The translations under genes were made by a program, and so were the position numbers. The notes beneath the pieces were generated by a model, which saw only the letters and a program-made list of their open reading frames with translations, was not told the origin of the DNA and did not search any database. From an uncultured Gammaproteobacteria bacterium (GTDB taxonomy: Bacteria > Patescibacteriota > Microgenomatia > Levybacterales > GWA1-39-11), in the NCBI GenBank assembly GCA_964568885.1, contig CAZMSF010000001.1, forward strand, positions 5,217 through 69,216: 64,000 nucleotides of DNA, given 5' to 3'. How positions within the stretch are numbered: the stretch's first letter is position 1; every line of letters starts with the position of its first letter. This document shows positions 1 through 9,731 of the stretch, in pieces.

Positions 1-696
1 CAAATGGCTGATGCATATGCTACCTTTGCAAATCTGGGGAAAAGGCCCGAACCTATTATGATTCTTGAGGTAAAAGATAAATTTGATAACGTAAAATTCA
101 CGTACGAACCGGTACTGCATGAGGTAATTTCACCCGAAGCGTCGTACTTGGTCACTTCAATACTTTCCGATGAAAATGCACGCAGAGAAGAATTCGGGAA
201 CTTGCTTTCTACCCCTTTTAAGGCTGCCGTTAAGACAGGGACCACCGAAAATTACAGAGACGCATGGACCATTGGATACACTCCGAAAATCGTAACGGCT
301 GTATGGGTAGGCAACAACGACGCGCGGCCAATTTATAACCTTCCAGGAGCACTGGCAGCAGCACCTATTTGGAGAGCGTTAATGGAAAAATTTGTTTCCA
401 GCTCGTTTAGAGGTTTTATAAAACCGGATGGCATTGTGCAGGCACCTTATTGCGATAGCACGAGCTCCGGCTCGGCGAAGATGGAGGTCTTTATGCAAGG
501 GACTGAGCCTCAAGGTGATTGCAGCAGGTTTACGCGAAGCAAAAATCGTCTCACCGGTTTATTTAAAGAAGACGTGAGACACGAAGGCATAGAGGAGACG
601 CCAACACCCACCCCACAGGAGTCGCCGACTCCCACACCGGGTCAAGAAGCACTTACCCCTACTCCCCCCAAGCCTCATGCTGATGATTCCGATTAG
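1..696 (+). CDS. Class A penicillin-binding protein (PBP1A family), C-terminal transpeptidase part; 5'-truncated by window edge
   Basis: KTGTT motif, DAWxxGYTP and VWVGN signatures, Pro/Thr-rich tail. Confidence 0.9.
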   Translation, partial: QMADAYATFANLGKRPEPIMILEVKDKFDNVKFTYEPVLHEVISPEASYLVTSILSDENARREEFGNLLSTPFKAAVKTGTTENYRDAWTIGYTPKIVTAVWVGNNDARPIYNLPGALAAAPIWRALMEKFVSSSFRGFIKPDGIVQAPYCDSTSSGSAKMEVFMQGTEPQGDCSRFTRSKNRLTGLFKEDVRHEGIEETPTPTPQESPTPTPGQEALTPTPPKPHADDSD

Positions 697-725
697 AATC
701 TTTACAAAAAGTGTATACTTTAATT

Positions 726-1304
726 GTGAACACAAAAGAAAAAATCATAAGTTTTGAGAAGAAAGGAAAAGCAAGCTCAATAACGGTAACGCATATTACC
801 GTCAGACAAAGTATTTTTTTCCTCGTCTTAAAGCTCCTTTTTTTAGAAGCGGTAGCGGCGGGTTCAATTATTGCTTTCCACCTGGCTCTTTCAAACTATG
901 CAACGATGTATTCATTGAATATTTCCTTTTTTAATATTCCGATTTTTGTTGTGCTTGTATTATTGAAGACAGTCTTTATGATTTATGTTATTGTCAATTG
1001 GCTTGAGGAATATTACGAAATCACGCCGATGGAGGTTATCCACCGGAAAGGTTTTCTATTCAGGAAGGAAGAGCGTTATATTCTTGACCATGTGGGTTCG
1101 ATAACACTTGAGCAAGGTCTTTTAGGAAGAATTTTTAATTTCGGCTCGCTTAAACTTTTTGATTGGGCACTTGAAGAGAATATCCATATTTATCTTATTC
1201 ATAGCCCTCTCAAATATCATCACATTCTGGAAACGCTCGTCCCCGAAGCTGACCGCGAGAAAAATGTTTTCCGCGAAAGGGTAATAGACGAAGAAGAAAT
1301 TTGA
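726..1304 (+). CDS. Membrane protein with bacterial PH (bPH_2/DUF304) domain
   Basis: Two TM segments then YEIT..RKG..EQGLLGRIFNFGSL; GTG start 6 nt after TATACT. Confidence 0.75.
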   Translation: MNTKEKIISFEKKGKASSITVTHITVRQSIFFLVLKLLFLEAVAAGSIIAFHLALSNYATMYSLNISFFNIPIFVVLVLLKTVFMIYVIVNWLEEYYEITPMEVIHRKGFLFRKEERYILDHVGSITLEQGLLGRIFNFGSLKLFDWALEENIHIYLIHSPLKYHHILETLVPEADREKNVFRERVIDEEEI

Positions 1305-1316
1305 AGCGGATGCTTC

Positions 1317-1922
1317 CTATCTCGCTACAACAGACTCGGTTTTGACGCTCCCAGCGCGTTTATATGCGGCAAAAATTATTCCATTAGGAGATATTTTAGA
1401 GTCAAAAAGAGTGAAAGCAAAAGGCATCGTACCCTCCTCAAACAGCCGCTTTCCAGTACCCAGAGTGATGGGGAATATTTTGAGCCAAAACTCGTCAACC
1501 AAATCGGCCTTCATCAGGCCCTGAACAAGCTTTGCGCTGCCATACACCTGCAAATCGGGCCCGTTTGAATTCTTTAATTCCCTTACTGCATCAATATCTT
1601 TTAGTACCACAGTATTTTCCCACCTGGGTTCTCTCAACGTTGTTGAGACAACGTATTTGGTAATTTCGTTCACTTGCGGCCAACTTTCGGTATGGGTCGG
1701 CCAATAATTCACCCAGATGTCATAGGTTGTGCGTCCAAGCAGCAATCCCTTTGTGTTCTTCATTTGTCTCTCCATCTCTTGGCCGGCTACCTCATCTTTC
1801 CCAAAGTATGGACCCATCCAGCCACCATATTCGAAACCCAAAGCTTCATCCTCCTTTGATTCCCCCGGCGCCTGAATAACTCCATCAAGAGTCATAAATT
1901 CAAGTACAAATATCTTTCTCAT
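1317..1922 (-). CDS. Dihydrofolate reductase/RibD C-terminal family protein
   Basis: MTLDGVIQAPG, LLLGRTTY, GS.L...LVDE..L.IFP..LG.GKRLF motifs. Confidence 0.85.
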   Translation of the reverse strand: MRKIFVLEFMTLDGVIQAPGESKEDEALGFEYGGWMGPYFGKDEVAGQEMERQMKNTKGLLLGRTTYDIWVNYWPTHTESWPQVNEITKYVVSTTLREPRWENTVVLKDIDAVRELKNSNGPDLQVYGSAKLVQGLMKADLVDEFWLKIFPITLGTGKRLFEEGTMPFAFTLFDSKISPNGIIFAAYKRAGSVKTESVVAR

Positions 1923-1982
1923 ACAGTTAACTGCATACCAATCATAGCAGGGCTGCCATAAAAATGTAAATTATAGTTTCCG

Positions 1983-2053
1983 CTGGGACGCTTGGATTCG
2001 AACCAAAATAAACAGATCCAAAGTCTGTTGTCCTACCATTAGACGACATCCCA
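1983..2053 (-). tRNA. tRNA-Gln(TTG)
   Basis: Reverse complement TGGGATGTCGTCTAATGGTAGGACAACAGACTTTGGATCTGTT...GGTTCGAATCC...TCCCAG folds as a cloverleaf; no encoded CCA. Confidence 0.95.
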
Positions 2054-2081
2054 GCGCAAACTACAATCTTTTTTTGCCCTA

Positions 2082-2177
2082 GTCTGCGAAGCAGACCAAG
2101 CTTTGCTTACCGTTAGACGAACCGACAATATTTTCTCGATAGGTCTAACGGCGAACTCATTAGACGAACCGACAATA
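2082..2177 (-). repeat. Hairpin micro-element with two copies of a tRNA-Gln-like 5' fragment
   Basis: TATTGTCGGTTCGTCTAA twice (2113-2130, 2160-2177), degenerate inverted copy 2131-2150, GTAAGCAAAGCTTG at 2097-2110, GTCTGC-GAA-GCAGAC hairpin. Confidence 0.85.
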
Positions 2178-2379
2178 AAGTGTTCCAATTATACCTTAAA
2201 TTAACTCCCAGCTTCAACCGATAGCATTCCTTTTCGGAAAAAAATGTTCTATATTGTAATAAGGGCAGAAGACCTAATCCGTAAGTTTTTTTTGAAAATA
2301 AGCAGAATTTCTGCCTAAATGGTTAAAATCTTGACTTCTCTCTTTCATGATTTTTTTAATTATTTGCCTATAATAGAAT

Positions 2380-3348
2380 ATGAAAAAAGTATATTATTAC
2401 AAAGGGCCAACTCCAAGAAAAAGCAACCATAGACTGGCCGCAATCCCTCTTTTTTTTATAGTTCTTATCCTTCTTCTGACGAGCGCAGGAGTATTCTATT
2501 TTCATTCTTCAAAAAAGGAAGCCGTACTGGCCGTTGAAACACAGGCAAAACCCGAAGCGGTACCGGTACCGACCATTTACAACGATGTTCTCAAGCAGAG
2601 CGTAGATAATGCGCTACGTGGAACAACCGGCAGCTATGGAATTGTAGTTAAAAATCTTGATACCGCCGAGCACTATGAGTTCAATGAACATGTGGTGTAT
2701 GACACTGCAAGCCTCTATAAATTGTGGGTAATGGCGGTCGTCTTTGAACAAGTAAAAAGTGGAAAGCTCAAGGAAGACACGGTACTCAGCCAGGACGTAA
2801 GCGTTCTTAATAAGAAATTCAATATTGCGAGTGATTCTGCCGGTCTTACCGAGGGTTCCGTTACCCTTACGGTGAAAGACGCGCTTTACAAAATGATAAC
2901 GATATCCGACAACTATGCAGCAATGCTTTTGACCCAAAAGGTTGGACTTTCCACCATAACTTCTTACCTTTCAAGGAATGGATTCTATGAAACAAAAATG
3001 GGAGCAACGGTAAATCTTCCGACCACTACTCCTCACGATGTCGCTTTGTTTTTTGAAAAATTGTATGGAAATAAACTGGGAGATAAAACTTCAACAGACA
3101 AAATGTTGGAGCTTTTGAAAGACCAGAAGCTCAACAACAAGATTCCAAGATATCTGCCGGATGACATCGTCATTGCTCATAAAACCGGGGAATTGGACGA
3201 ATATACCCACGACGCTGGGCTTATACTTGATGCACGGGGAAATTATCTCATCGTCATTATGTCAAAGAGTGAAAAACCCGACTTGGCGGCTAACCGCATT
3301 GCAGACATTTCAAAAGCAATCTACTCGCACTACATAGACAAAAAGTAG
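2380..3348 (+). CDS. Membrane-anchored serine hydrolase, class A beta-lactamase-like fold
   Basis: SxxK (ASLYK), SDN and KTG motifs; N-terminal TM. Confidence 0.85.
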   Translation: MKKVYYYKGPTPRKSNHRLAAIPLFFIVLILLLTSAGVFYFHSSKKEAVLAVETQAKPEAVPVPTIYNDVLKQSVDNALRGTTGSYGIVVKNLDTAEHYEFNEHVVYDTASLYKLWVMAVVFEQVKSGKLKEDTVLSQDVSVLNKKFNIASDSAGLTEGSVTLTVKDALYKMITISDNYAAMLLTQKVGLSTITSYLSRNGFYETKMGATVNLPTTTPHDVALFFEKLYGNKLGDKTSTDKMLELLKDQKLNNKIPRYLPDDIVIAHKTGELDEYTHDAGLILDARGNYLIVIMSKSEKPDLAANRIADISKAIYSHYIDKK

Positions 3349-3975
3349 TTACTGGAACAGTAATTCGTTAAACCGGAATGTTGTAACCGCATGCTGAAAT
3401 ATTTTGGAGTCATTCACGCTTAATGTCCCGTCTTTTGTGTCAAGGGACAGCTCATATACCCAGTCTTCATGATCGAATGCAACGGTATTTAAGGAAATTA
3501 CTCCTTTGTATTTTCCTAATTGTACGCCCTGCAACTCTTTCGATTTTCCTACGCTTGCAAGTCTTGAGGTAAAGTCTTTGTAATAGTCAGGGTCCGATTT
3601 TTGATTGAAGAGGCGAATTGAATAGAAGCCGTTTCGAAAATAGGTGCATGTTTTACAGGGTAGGTCGGCCGGAGAAAAGGCGATGATAAGCCCTCCATTG
3701 GGTGATGCTTGAGGATATTCCTGTTCGTGCCAGTCTGCGGGCACTTCAAGAGAAAAATTATATATGGCATTGCTATATGTGCGCCACGTATCTACCTGAG
3801 GCTCTTTGAAAGGCCCCGGCTGTTCACTGCCGCCCGGCTTGTTGAGACTGAAAGTCGATTCGGGCTTGATGTTTTCCTGCTGGTGAAGGATAAGAGCACC
3901 AATGAAGATAAGAACGACTCCGATTATGATTGCGGTAAATATCCATGCTCCCGAAATTTTTGGTTCACTATCCAT
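3349..3975 (-). CDS. Membrane-anchored hypothetical protein (PsbP-like W.TY.N..Y.FS...P.DW motif)
   Basis: Long ORF, N-terminal TM. Confidence 0.6.
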   Translation of the reverse strand: MDSEPKISGAWIFTAIIIGVVLIFIGALILHQQENIKPESTFSLNKPGGSEQPGPFKEPQVDTWRTYSNAIYNFSLEVPADWHEQEYPQASPNGGLIIAFSPADLPCKTCTYFRNGFYSIRLFNQKSDPDYYKDFTSRLASVGKSKELQGVQLGKYKGVISLNTVAFDHEDWVYELSLDTKDGTLSVNDSKIFQHAVTTFRFNELLFQ

Positions 3976-4112
3976 AGAGGCGCATTCATTGTACACCAGT
4001 AATGCAAAATTTCTTTACGAGGGGAAAAAATTCGTTCTTTTGCACATTTCTTACACGCAGTGAAGAAACATGTGCTTACACGTTTCTTATAAACATGTGC
4101 TATTATATTTTG

Positions 4113-4613
4113 GTGAAGAAAAATCGGCAGGTTTTTCTGTTTGTTGTTTTGTTTTTAATTCTTGCCCAAAACCAAGCCACAGCTGCAGAAACAACCTCGG
4201 TTAACATTTCAAATAATGGAAACGGCGCGAGCTCAAGCGTTGAAGTGCACAATAATATAAACTCCTATACTTCGACAAGCACAAATTCTACTTCCAAAAC
4301 TAACATCCGAATAGAGACAAATGGAAAAGTTAAGACATATGAATCGGAAAATGGCGGCAGTGTTCATCTGGAGTCTGACGATGGAACCGCAAAAGTCGAC
4401 ATCAACAATAATAATGTTAAAGGCACATCAACAACAAACGGTGTGACCCCGACAGTGACAACAGACTCAAATTCCGCTACTGTGGAGGCAGGGCGCAAAA
4501 TAGAGATTGCAAAGCAGAAAGCAAAAGAGATGAAAGAAAAGCAAAAAGGATTTTTCGCAAGACTGGAGCAGTATTTTAAGGAGTTGTTCTCAAAATTCCC
4601 TTTCAAATTTTAA
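4113..4613 (+). CDS. Secreted Ser/Thr/Asn-rich hypothetical protein
   Basis: Signal peptide, low-complexity body; GTG 6 nt after TATTAT. Confidence 0.6.
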   Translation: MKKNRQVFLFVVLFLILAQNQATAAETTSVNISNNGNGASSSVEVHNNINSYTSTSTNSTSKTNIRIETNGKVKTYESENGGSVHLESDDGTAKVDINNNNVKGTSTTNGVTPTVTTDSNSATVEAGRKIEIAKQKAKEMKEKQKGFFARLEQYFKELFSKFPFKF

Positions 4614-5788
4614 TCCTTTTTTTGAATGACGTAGACAAACCCTGCCTTATCGTCCGACACGTAAAGGTTACCCCTTTTATCAAAAGTCATATCCACAGGT
4701 CTACCCAAGCTGTCGTCTTTTTGAGTGCCCGGATTAAAGCCCGTCAAAAAATCATCACTTCCAACAATTGTGTTTCCTTTTACTTTTAGGTGGACAATTT
4801 TGTATCCTATTGCTTGTGACCTGTTCCACGACCCATGGTATGAAACGAGCAAATCACCCTGCCAATCAGCGGGAAATTGAGAAGAGTTGATAAATGTAAG
4901 TCCTAATGGAGCCGAATGCGCAGGTATTTCAAAAATGGGTGCTACGGTATCCTTGCAGTCCGCTTTTTTTGTAAACAACAAGTCGGGTGTTTTATTACCG
5001 TAACAATTCGGCCATCCATAGTCCTTGTTGCCTTCCAATATGTTAATTTCATCGGGAGGCGTATTGTCTCCCAGATAGTCTCTCCCCATCTCTGTAGACC
5101 ATATTTGTCCGGTTGAGGGATTGATCGCCAAAAAGGCAGCATTTCGAAGGCCACGGGTCCACAAGTGTGCAGTATCGCCTTTTATATCTGAAATAAAAAC
5201 GGACCCTCCCTTTTCAGCCGGTTCAGTACAGACGTTGCAGGTAGAACCGAGGCTGACATATATGGTGCCGTTCTCGTCAATCACAATGCTTCTATTATTG
5301 TGGTCGGAGTTATTTGGCAAACGGAACAATTGGTTTTTAAATATTGCCTCTTTTCTCTCTTCGTCCCAAAAATATGATGCCACACGGTTAACCTCCGCGA
5401 CAAAAAGACGGCCGTCAAAAAATGCCAAACCATGGACCTTATTTCCCCCAGAGATGATTATCTTATTCTCATCTGCAACTCCGTTACCGTCTTTATCGGG
5501 CAGCGCGGTAACCGTGTTTTCAACAGGATTGGAAACAAGAAGAGTTCCGCCGGGGCTAAATTGTAAATCCCGCGGGTTGCCGAGGCCTTTGGCAAATACA
5601 TGAATTGAATATTCTGAGGGAAGAGCAAAGGGAATTGACGGTATCTCCCCAGCCGATTCTTTTTCTTTTTGAGGAGAATTTGTTTTAGAGGTAAGTTCTT
5701 TTAACGGTTCTTTCTTAAGCAGCCTGCCAAACAGCAAAAGTATTGCTATCAATCCGACCAGCAAAACTGCAATCACAAACCTTTTCAT
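4610..5788 (-). CDS. PQQ-dependent sugar/sorbosone dehydrogenase family beta-propeller
   Basis: GLRN, PPDEIN, YGWP.CYG, AHSAPLG, HGSWNR, GRPVD motifs. Confidence 0.9.
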   Translation of the reverse strand: MKRFVIAVLLVGLIAILLLFGRLLKKEPLKELTSKTNSPQKEKESAGEIPSIPFALPSEYSIHVFAKGLGNPRDLQFSPGGTLLVSNPVENTVTALPDKDGNGVADENKIIISGGNKVHGLAFFDGRLFVAEVNRVASYFWDEERKEAIFKNQLFRLPNNSDHNNRSIVIDENGTIYVSLGSTCNVCTEPAEKGGSVFISDIKGDTAHLWTRGLRNAAFLAINPSTGQIWSTEMGRDYLGDNTPPDEINILEGNKDYGWPNCYGNKTPDLLFTKKADCKDTVAPIFEIPAHSAPLGLTFINSSQFPADWQGDLLVSYHGSWNRSQAIGYKIVHLKVKGNTIVGSDDFLTGFNPGTQKDDSLGRPVDMTFDKRGNLYVSDDKAGFVYVIQKKD

Positions 5789-5791
5789 TTC

Positions 5792-6175
5792 TTACTCGTG
5801 AAGTACATGCGGCAATTCCTTCTCTATTGGCACAAACCGGATAGATAATGAATTAACACAATGCCTGGTGTTCTTTTCGGTAAGCTGCTCTCCCTCAAAT
5901 ACATGCCCCAAATGAGCACTACAATTTGCGCACTGTATTTCGGTTCTTTCTCCGTCTTCGTCGGGAATTCTTTTTACCGCTCCCGGATAGTTTTCATCAA
6001 ATGAAGGCCACCCACAGCCGGCATCAAACTTGCTTTTTGATGTAAAAAGCGGAGCGTTGCACCTTCTGCATATAAATGTTCCGTCCTTGAAAAAATCATC
6101 ATACTCCCCACTAAAAGCAATTTCGGTTCCCTTATGTGCAATCACATCCTCTTCTTCGGGCGTCAGTGCATTCAT
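5792..6175 (-). CDS. msrB: Peptide-methionine (R)-S-oxide reductase
   Basis: GTE..F.G.Y, GCGWPSF, HLGHVF, RHCVNS motifs. Confidence 0.95.
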   Translation of the reverse strand: MNALTPEEEDVIAHKGTEIAFSGEYDDFFKDGTFICRRCNAPLFTSKSKFDAGCGWPSFDENYPGAVKRIPDEDGERTEIQCANCSAHLGHVFEGEQLTEKNTRHCVNSLSIRFVPIEKELPHVLHE

Positions 6176-6212
6176 TCTTTTATTGTACCCGTATCGTGTT
6201 CCAAAGAAAAGT

Positions 6213-6500
6213 CTAGAGCGATCTTAAGATCTTCTCATCGCTTTTGACGGCCGGTTCTTTTATGTCGTTTGAGATCTGTTGCGACTGTTTCTCCACTTCC
6301 TTTCGCGTCTCTTTCAGCTCCTCTCCCGCCTTTGATAACACATCTGCCGCCTGCTTTTTAAATGTTCTTATTGAGTGAACTACCTTTCGCCTATTATTTC
6401 TGTCGGTAAGCGCCAGGGCTGCTGCCGTCAATCCTGCTCCTAAGAGAGCTCCCGCCAAACCAACTGTTGCAACAACATTTACTCTTTTTTCTTCCTGCAT
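6213..6500 (-). CDS. YtxH-like stress/membrane protein
   Basis: Gly/Ala TM then charged coiled coil; strong SD AAAGGAGGTGA. Confidence 0.65.
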   Translation of the reverse strand: MQEEKRVNVVATVGLAGALLGAGLTAAALALTDRNNRRKVVHSIRTFKKQAADVLSKAGEELKETRKEVEKQSQQISNDIKEPAVKSDEKILRSL

Positions 6501-6603
6501 TTATCTTCACCTCCTTTCATCTAAACATTGTAATGCCAATAGCTATTCATACGCGTGTGAAAAAAGAAAGAATTGTAAAAGACATTGTATAATGTGTACT
6601 GAG

Positions 6604-7728
6604 ATGAAAAAAATTCTGCTTGTGATAGTGGCTCTTTCTATCCTTTTTTTCCATTGCACGGCGGACCTTTTTGCACAACAAAATACGCCGCCTGCAACGG
6701 GCCAAAATTCTGTTGAAGCAGTGGTCACGAACGTAATCGAAAACAGTGAAATTATTGAAAATACCGGCAACAAACACCCCTACCAAAAGCTTGAGCTATT
6801 GGGTTTGAGCGGTAAATATAAAGGAAAGAAGGTGGTAATTGAAAACGGTAAATACGACCAAAGTGGAGTCATTACATATAGTACCGGGGACACTATTGTT
6901 GTGGCTGTCGAGAAAAATGACAAGGGGCAGGACATGCTGACTATCACAGATTACGTAAGGCGCACTCCGCTGCTTCTGCTTTTCTCCATTTTTGCGATTT
7001 TGGCAATTGTAATAGGAGGAAGACGAGGGGCAAGCTCTTTAATTGGTATGGGAGTCACATTCGGTATATTATTTCTTTTCGTTCTTCCGCAGGTATCAAA
7101 AGGGGTAAGTCCCATTTTGGTTGTCGTTGCCGCATCATCCCTTATAATTCCTATAACTTTTTTCCTCTCACATGGCATAAACAAAAAAACGGCATGCGCA
7201 ATAATCGGTACTCTTATTGCGCTTTTTATCACCGGGCTGCTTTCGGCATATTTCGTGAACGCAGCTCACTTGAGCGGTTTTGCGTCAGAGGAAGCATCGT
7301 ACTTGAATATTATCAAAAAGGGCTCAATTGATATAAAAGGGTTACTCTTGGGCGGCATAATTATCGGTCTTCTCGGTGTTCTTCAAGATATTACCGTTTC
7401 TCAGGCTGCTATTGTTTATCAATTAAAAAGCGCGAACCGTTCGATAAAGCTATATGAATTATTCAAAAGAGCAATGGATGTAGGCCGCGACCATATCGCA
7501 TCTATGGTGAACACATTGATTTTAGTCTATGCCGGAGCTTCCCTTCCCCTACTTCTCCTATTCATAAATAATCCCCTCCCATTCTCGTCGGTCGTCAATT
7601 TTGAAATAATTGCCGAAGAGGTGGTCCGAACCCTTGTTTCAAGCATCGGGCTCATTCTTGCGGTGCCCATAACAACCGCTCTTACCGCTCTTTTTGTTGA
7701 GGTAACCTATAAATCTAAAGAAAAGTGA
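6604..7728 (+). CDS. YibE/F family membrane protein
   Basis: DITVSQ, GRDHIASMVNTL.L.YAG.SLPLLL, EEVVRTL motifs. Confidence 0.9.
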   Translation: MKKILLVIVALSILFFHCTADLFAQQNTPPATGQNSVEAVVTNVIENSEIIENTGNKHPYQKLELLGLSGKYKGKKVVIENGKYDQSGVITYSTGDTIVVAVEKNDKGQDMLTITDYVRRTPLLLLFSIFAILAIVIGGRRGASSLIGMGVTFGILFLFVLPQVSKGVSPILVVVAASSLIIPITFFLSHGINKKTACAIIGTLIALFITGLLSAYFVNAAHLSGFASEEASYLNIIKKGSIDIKGLLLGGIIIGLLGVLQDITVSQAAIVYQLKSANRSIKLYELFKRAMDVGRDHIASMVNTLILVYAGASLPLLLLFINNPLPFSSVVNFEIIAEEVVRTLVSSIGLILAVPITTALTALFVEVTYKSKEK

Positions 7729-8020
7729 GAGTAATTTTTTCACCTATTTTGAGTTTGATTTTTTCAATTGTTCCCCCAGGCAACTCTATTACCCGGTAAT
7801 ATTTCGGATTCCATACAAAAACACGGTTAGGCAACAGTGCTCTTTTTAAAAGACAAACGGTATTATGCTCGTCAAGGATAACAATGTCTATCGGAAATCT
7901 GACGAAAAATGTGTGTATTCCCCACCTGGTTGTAAAGAAAACGGCTTGAGGACTCTTTCTTCCCATAAGACCAAGCGATGCCTCCCATGCCATCAACAAC
8001 CTCACCTTCAATTCCTTCAT
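7715..8020 (-). CDS. DUF192 family protein
   Basis: GLMG, IHTFFVRFPIDIV.LD, VIELP.G; real start at MKELKV. Confidence 0.8.
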   Translation of the reverse strand: MKELKVRLLMAWEASLGLMGRKSPQAVFFTTRWGIHTFFVRFPIDIVILDEHNTVCLLKRALLPNRVFVWNPKYYRVIELPGGTIEKIKLKIGEKITLTFL

Positions 8021-8054
8021 CCAAAAAGTGTAGCACATAGGGTACAATACGGAT

Positions 8055-9014
8055 ATGAGTCTTATAGATGATGTAAAAATTACCGTTAAAGCCGGTGACG
8101 GAGGGAATGGCGCATCTGCAAAAAAACAAGTTTTCGGAAGCAAAAAAACCGTTCCGGACGGCGGAAACGGCGGGAACGGAGGAAATATATATTTCAAAGG
8201 GTCAGCAAACGTCTCTGATTTATCCGAGTTTCAGTTCAAAAAAACCATAAAGGGAGAAAATGGTGTAAGCGGTCAGCACAAGGATTTGGACGGTGCAAAC
8301 GGGAATGATGTATATGTTTTGGTTCCTTTTGGTACTACAGTTAAAGACGAGGAAACGGGCGAATGGACCGAAATACTAACAGAGGAACCTTTCTGTGTTG
8401 CATATGGAGGTCACGGCGGAATGGGTAATCATGACTATCAGCCGGATTTAAAAAAAATGGTAGCAAGAAAAGCCGATGGAGAGCGGGGAGAGGAAAGAAA
8501 GCTTCACCTCGTTCTCAATCTTATTGCCGACGTCGGACTCGTAGGTCTTCCTAACGCCGGAAAAAGTTCGTTGCTGAAAAAGCTTACCAAAGCAACTCCT
8601 AAAGTTGGAAACTATCCGTTCACCACCTTGGAGCCAAATCTTGGCGCGCTTGACAATATAATTATTGCAGATATACCCGGGCTCATCGCAGGTGCTTCGG
8701 GGGGGAAAGGGCTGGGTCTGACTTTTCTCAAGCATATAAAAAAAACAAAAGTTCTGTTCCATTGTATCTCCTGTGAGGAGAAAGATGTGCTTAAAGCATA
8801 TGAGACAGTAAGAAAGGAATTTGAAGAGTTCGACAAAACACTTCTTACAAAAAAAGAAATAATTCTTCTTACTAAAAAAGACTTGGCTGACGAAAAAATT
8901 CGTCAAGAAAACAAAGAGCTATTTGAGAAAAAAGGATTGAGCGTTTTAGAGGTCTCGGTTTACGATGACAATAGCATAAAAGATCTTAAAGAAAAAATTA
9001 TTTCTTCCCTTTAA
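8055..9014 (+). CDS. obg: GTPase Obg/CgtA (lacks C-terminal domain)
   Basis: Gly-rich Obg fold, GLPNAGKS, YPFTTL.PNLG, DIPG. Confidence 0.95.
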   Translation: MSLIDDVKITVKAGDGGNGASAKKQVFGSKKTVPDGGNGGNGGNIYFKGSANVSDLSEFQFKKTIKGENGVSGQHKDLDGANGNDVYVLVPFGTTVKDEETGEWTEILTEEPFCVAYGGHGGMGNHDYQPDLKKMVARKADGERGEERKLHLVLNLIADVGLVGLPNAGKSSLLKKLTKATPKVGNYPFTTLEPNLGALDNIIIADIPGLIAGASGGKGLGLTFLKHIKKTKVLFHCISCEEKDVLKAYETVRKEFEEFDKTLLTKKEIILLTKKDLADEKIRQENKELFEKKGLSVLEVSVYDDNSIKDLKEKIISSL

Positions 9015-9016
9015 CT

Positions 9017-9049
9017 TTCAGCGATAATTCAGTTTTCATTTGGTACAAT
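9017..9049 (+). promoter_or_regulatory. OmpR-type direct-repeat box TTCAG-N6-TTCAG with -10 TACAAT
   Basis: 11-bp-period repeat upstream of response regulator; same layout at 10742, 14041, 15234. Confidence 0.65.
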
Positions 9050-9055
9050 ACCGCT

Positions 9056-9730
9056 ATGCGCGTGCTACTGGTAGAAGACGAGCACAAAATTGCAAATTCG
9101 ATAAAAAAAGGGCTCGAACAAGAGTCTTTTGCAGTTGATGTTACATACGAGGGGACAAGCGGTTACGACTATGCGGTAAGTGAGGAATACGATGCGATAA
9201 TTCTTGACCGGCTTCTACCGGGCATAGACGGCATAGAAATCTGTAAAAAACTGCGGGAAAACAACATCCATACCCCCATACTAATGCTGACGGCTTTTGG
9301 GGAAGTTCATGACCGCGTTGAAGGGCTCAATAGCGGAGCCGACGACTATCTCCCAAAGCCATTTGCTTTCACAGAACTCCTCGCCCGTCTCCGGGCACTC
9401 ACGAGAAGACCCCATTCATCCTTGACTACTCAGTTAAAAGTTGACGGTCTCACATTGGACAGCGTTACATTTGATGTGAAACGGGATGGAATTACAATTT
9501 CTCTTTCAAACAAGGAATTTTCATTACTTGAGTACCTCATAAGACATAAGGGGACAATCATCAAGAAGGAACAAATCATCAATCATGTGTGGAATTATGA
9601 TTCGGATGTTCTCCCTAACTCTGTCGAGGTATATATTACCCATCTTCGGAACAAAATCGACAAACCTTTTAGAAACAAAAAGGCACTTATTACGACAGTG
9701 AGAGGTTTTGGGTATAAAATATCGGACTAA
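9056..9730 (+). CDS. OmpR/PhoB-family response regulator
   Basis: Receiver (VEDE, ILD, GADDYL.KPF) plus winged helix (TVRG.GY). Confidence 0.95.
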   Translation: MRVLLVEDEHKIANSIKKGLEQESFAVDVTYEGTSGYDYAVSEEYDAIILDRLLPGIDGIEICKKLRENNIHTPILMLTAFGEVHDRVEGLNSGADDYLPKPFAFTELLARLRALTRRPHSSLTTQLKVDGLTLDSVTFDVKRDGITISLSNKEFSLLEYLIRHKGTIIKKEQIINHVWNYDSDVLPNSVEVYITHLRNKIDKPFRNKKALITTVRGFGYKISD

Positions 9731-9731
9731 T

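Noticed and set aside
597-670. Repetitive ACxCCx DNA at the PBP 3' end
   Set aside because: Explained by a Thr-Pro low-complexity protein tail.
2380-3348. True class A beta-lactamase (resistance gene)
   Set aside because: SxxK/SDN/KTG are present but the omega-loop ExxLN is not evident; more likely a PBP-like serine hydrolase.
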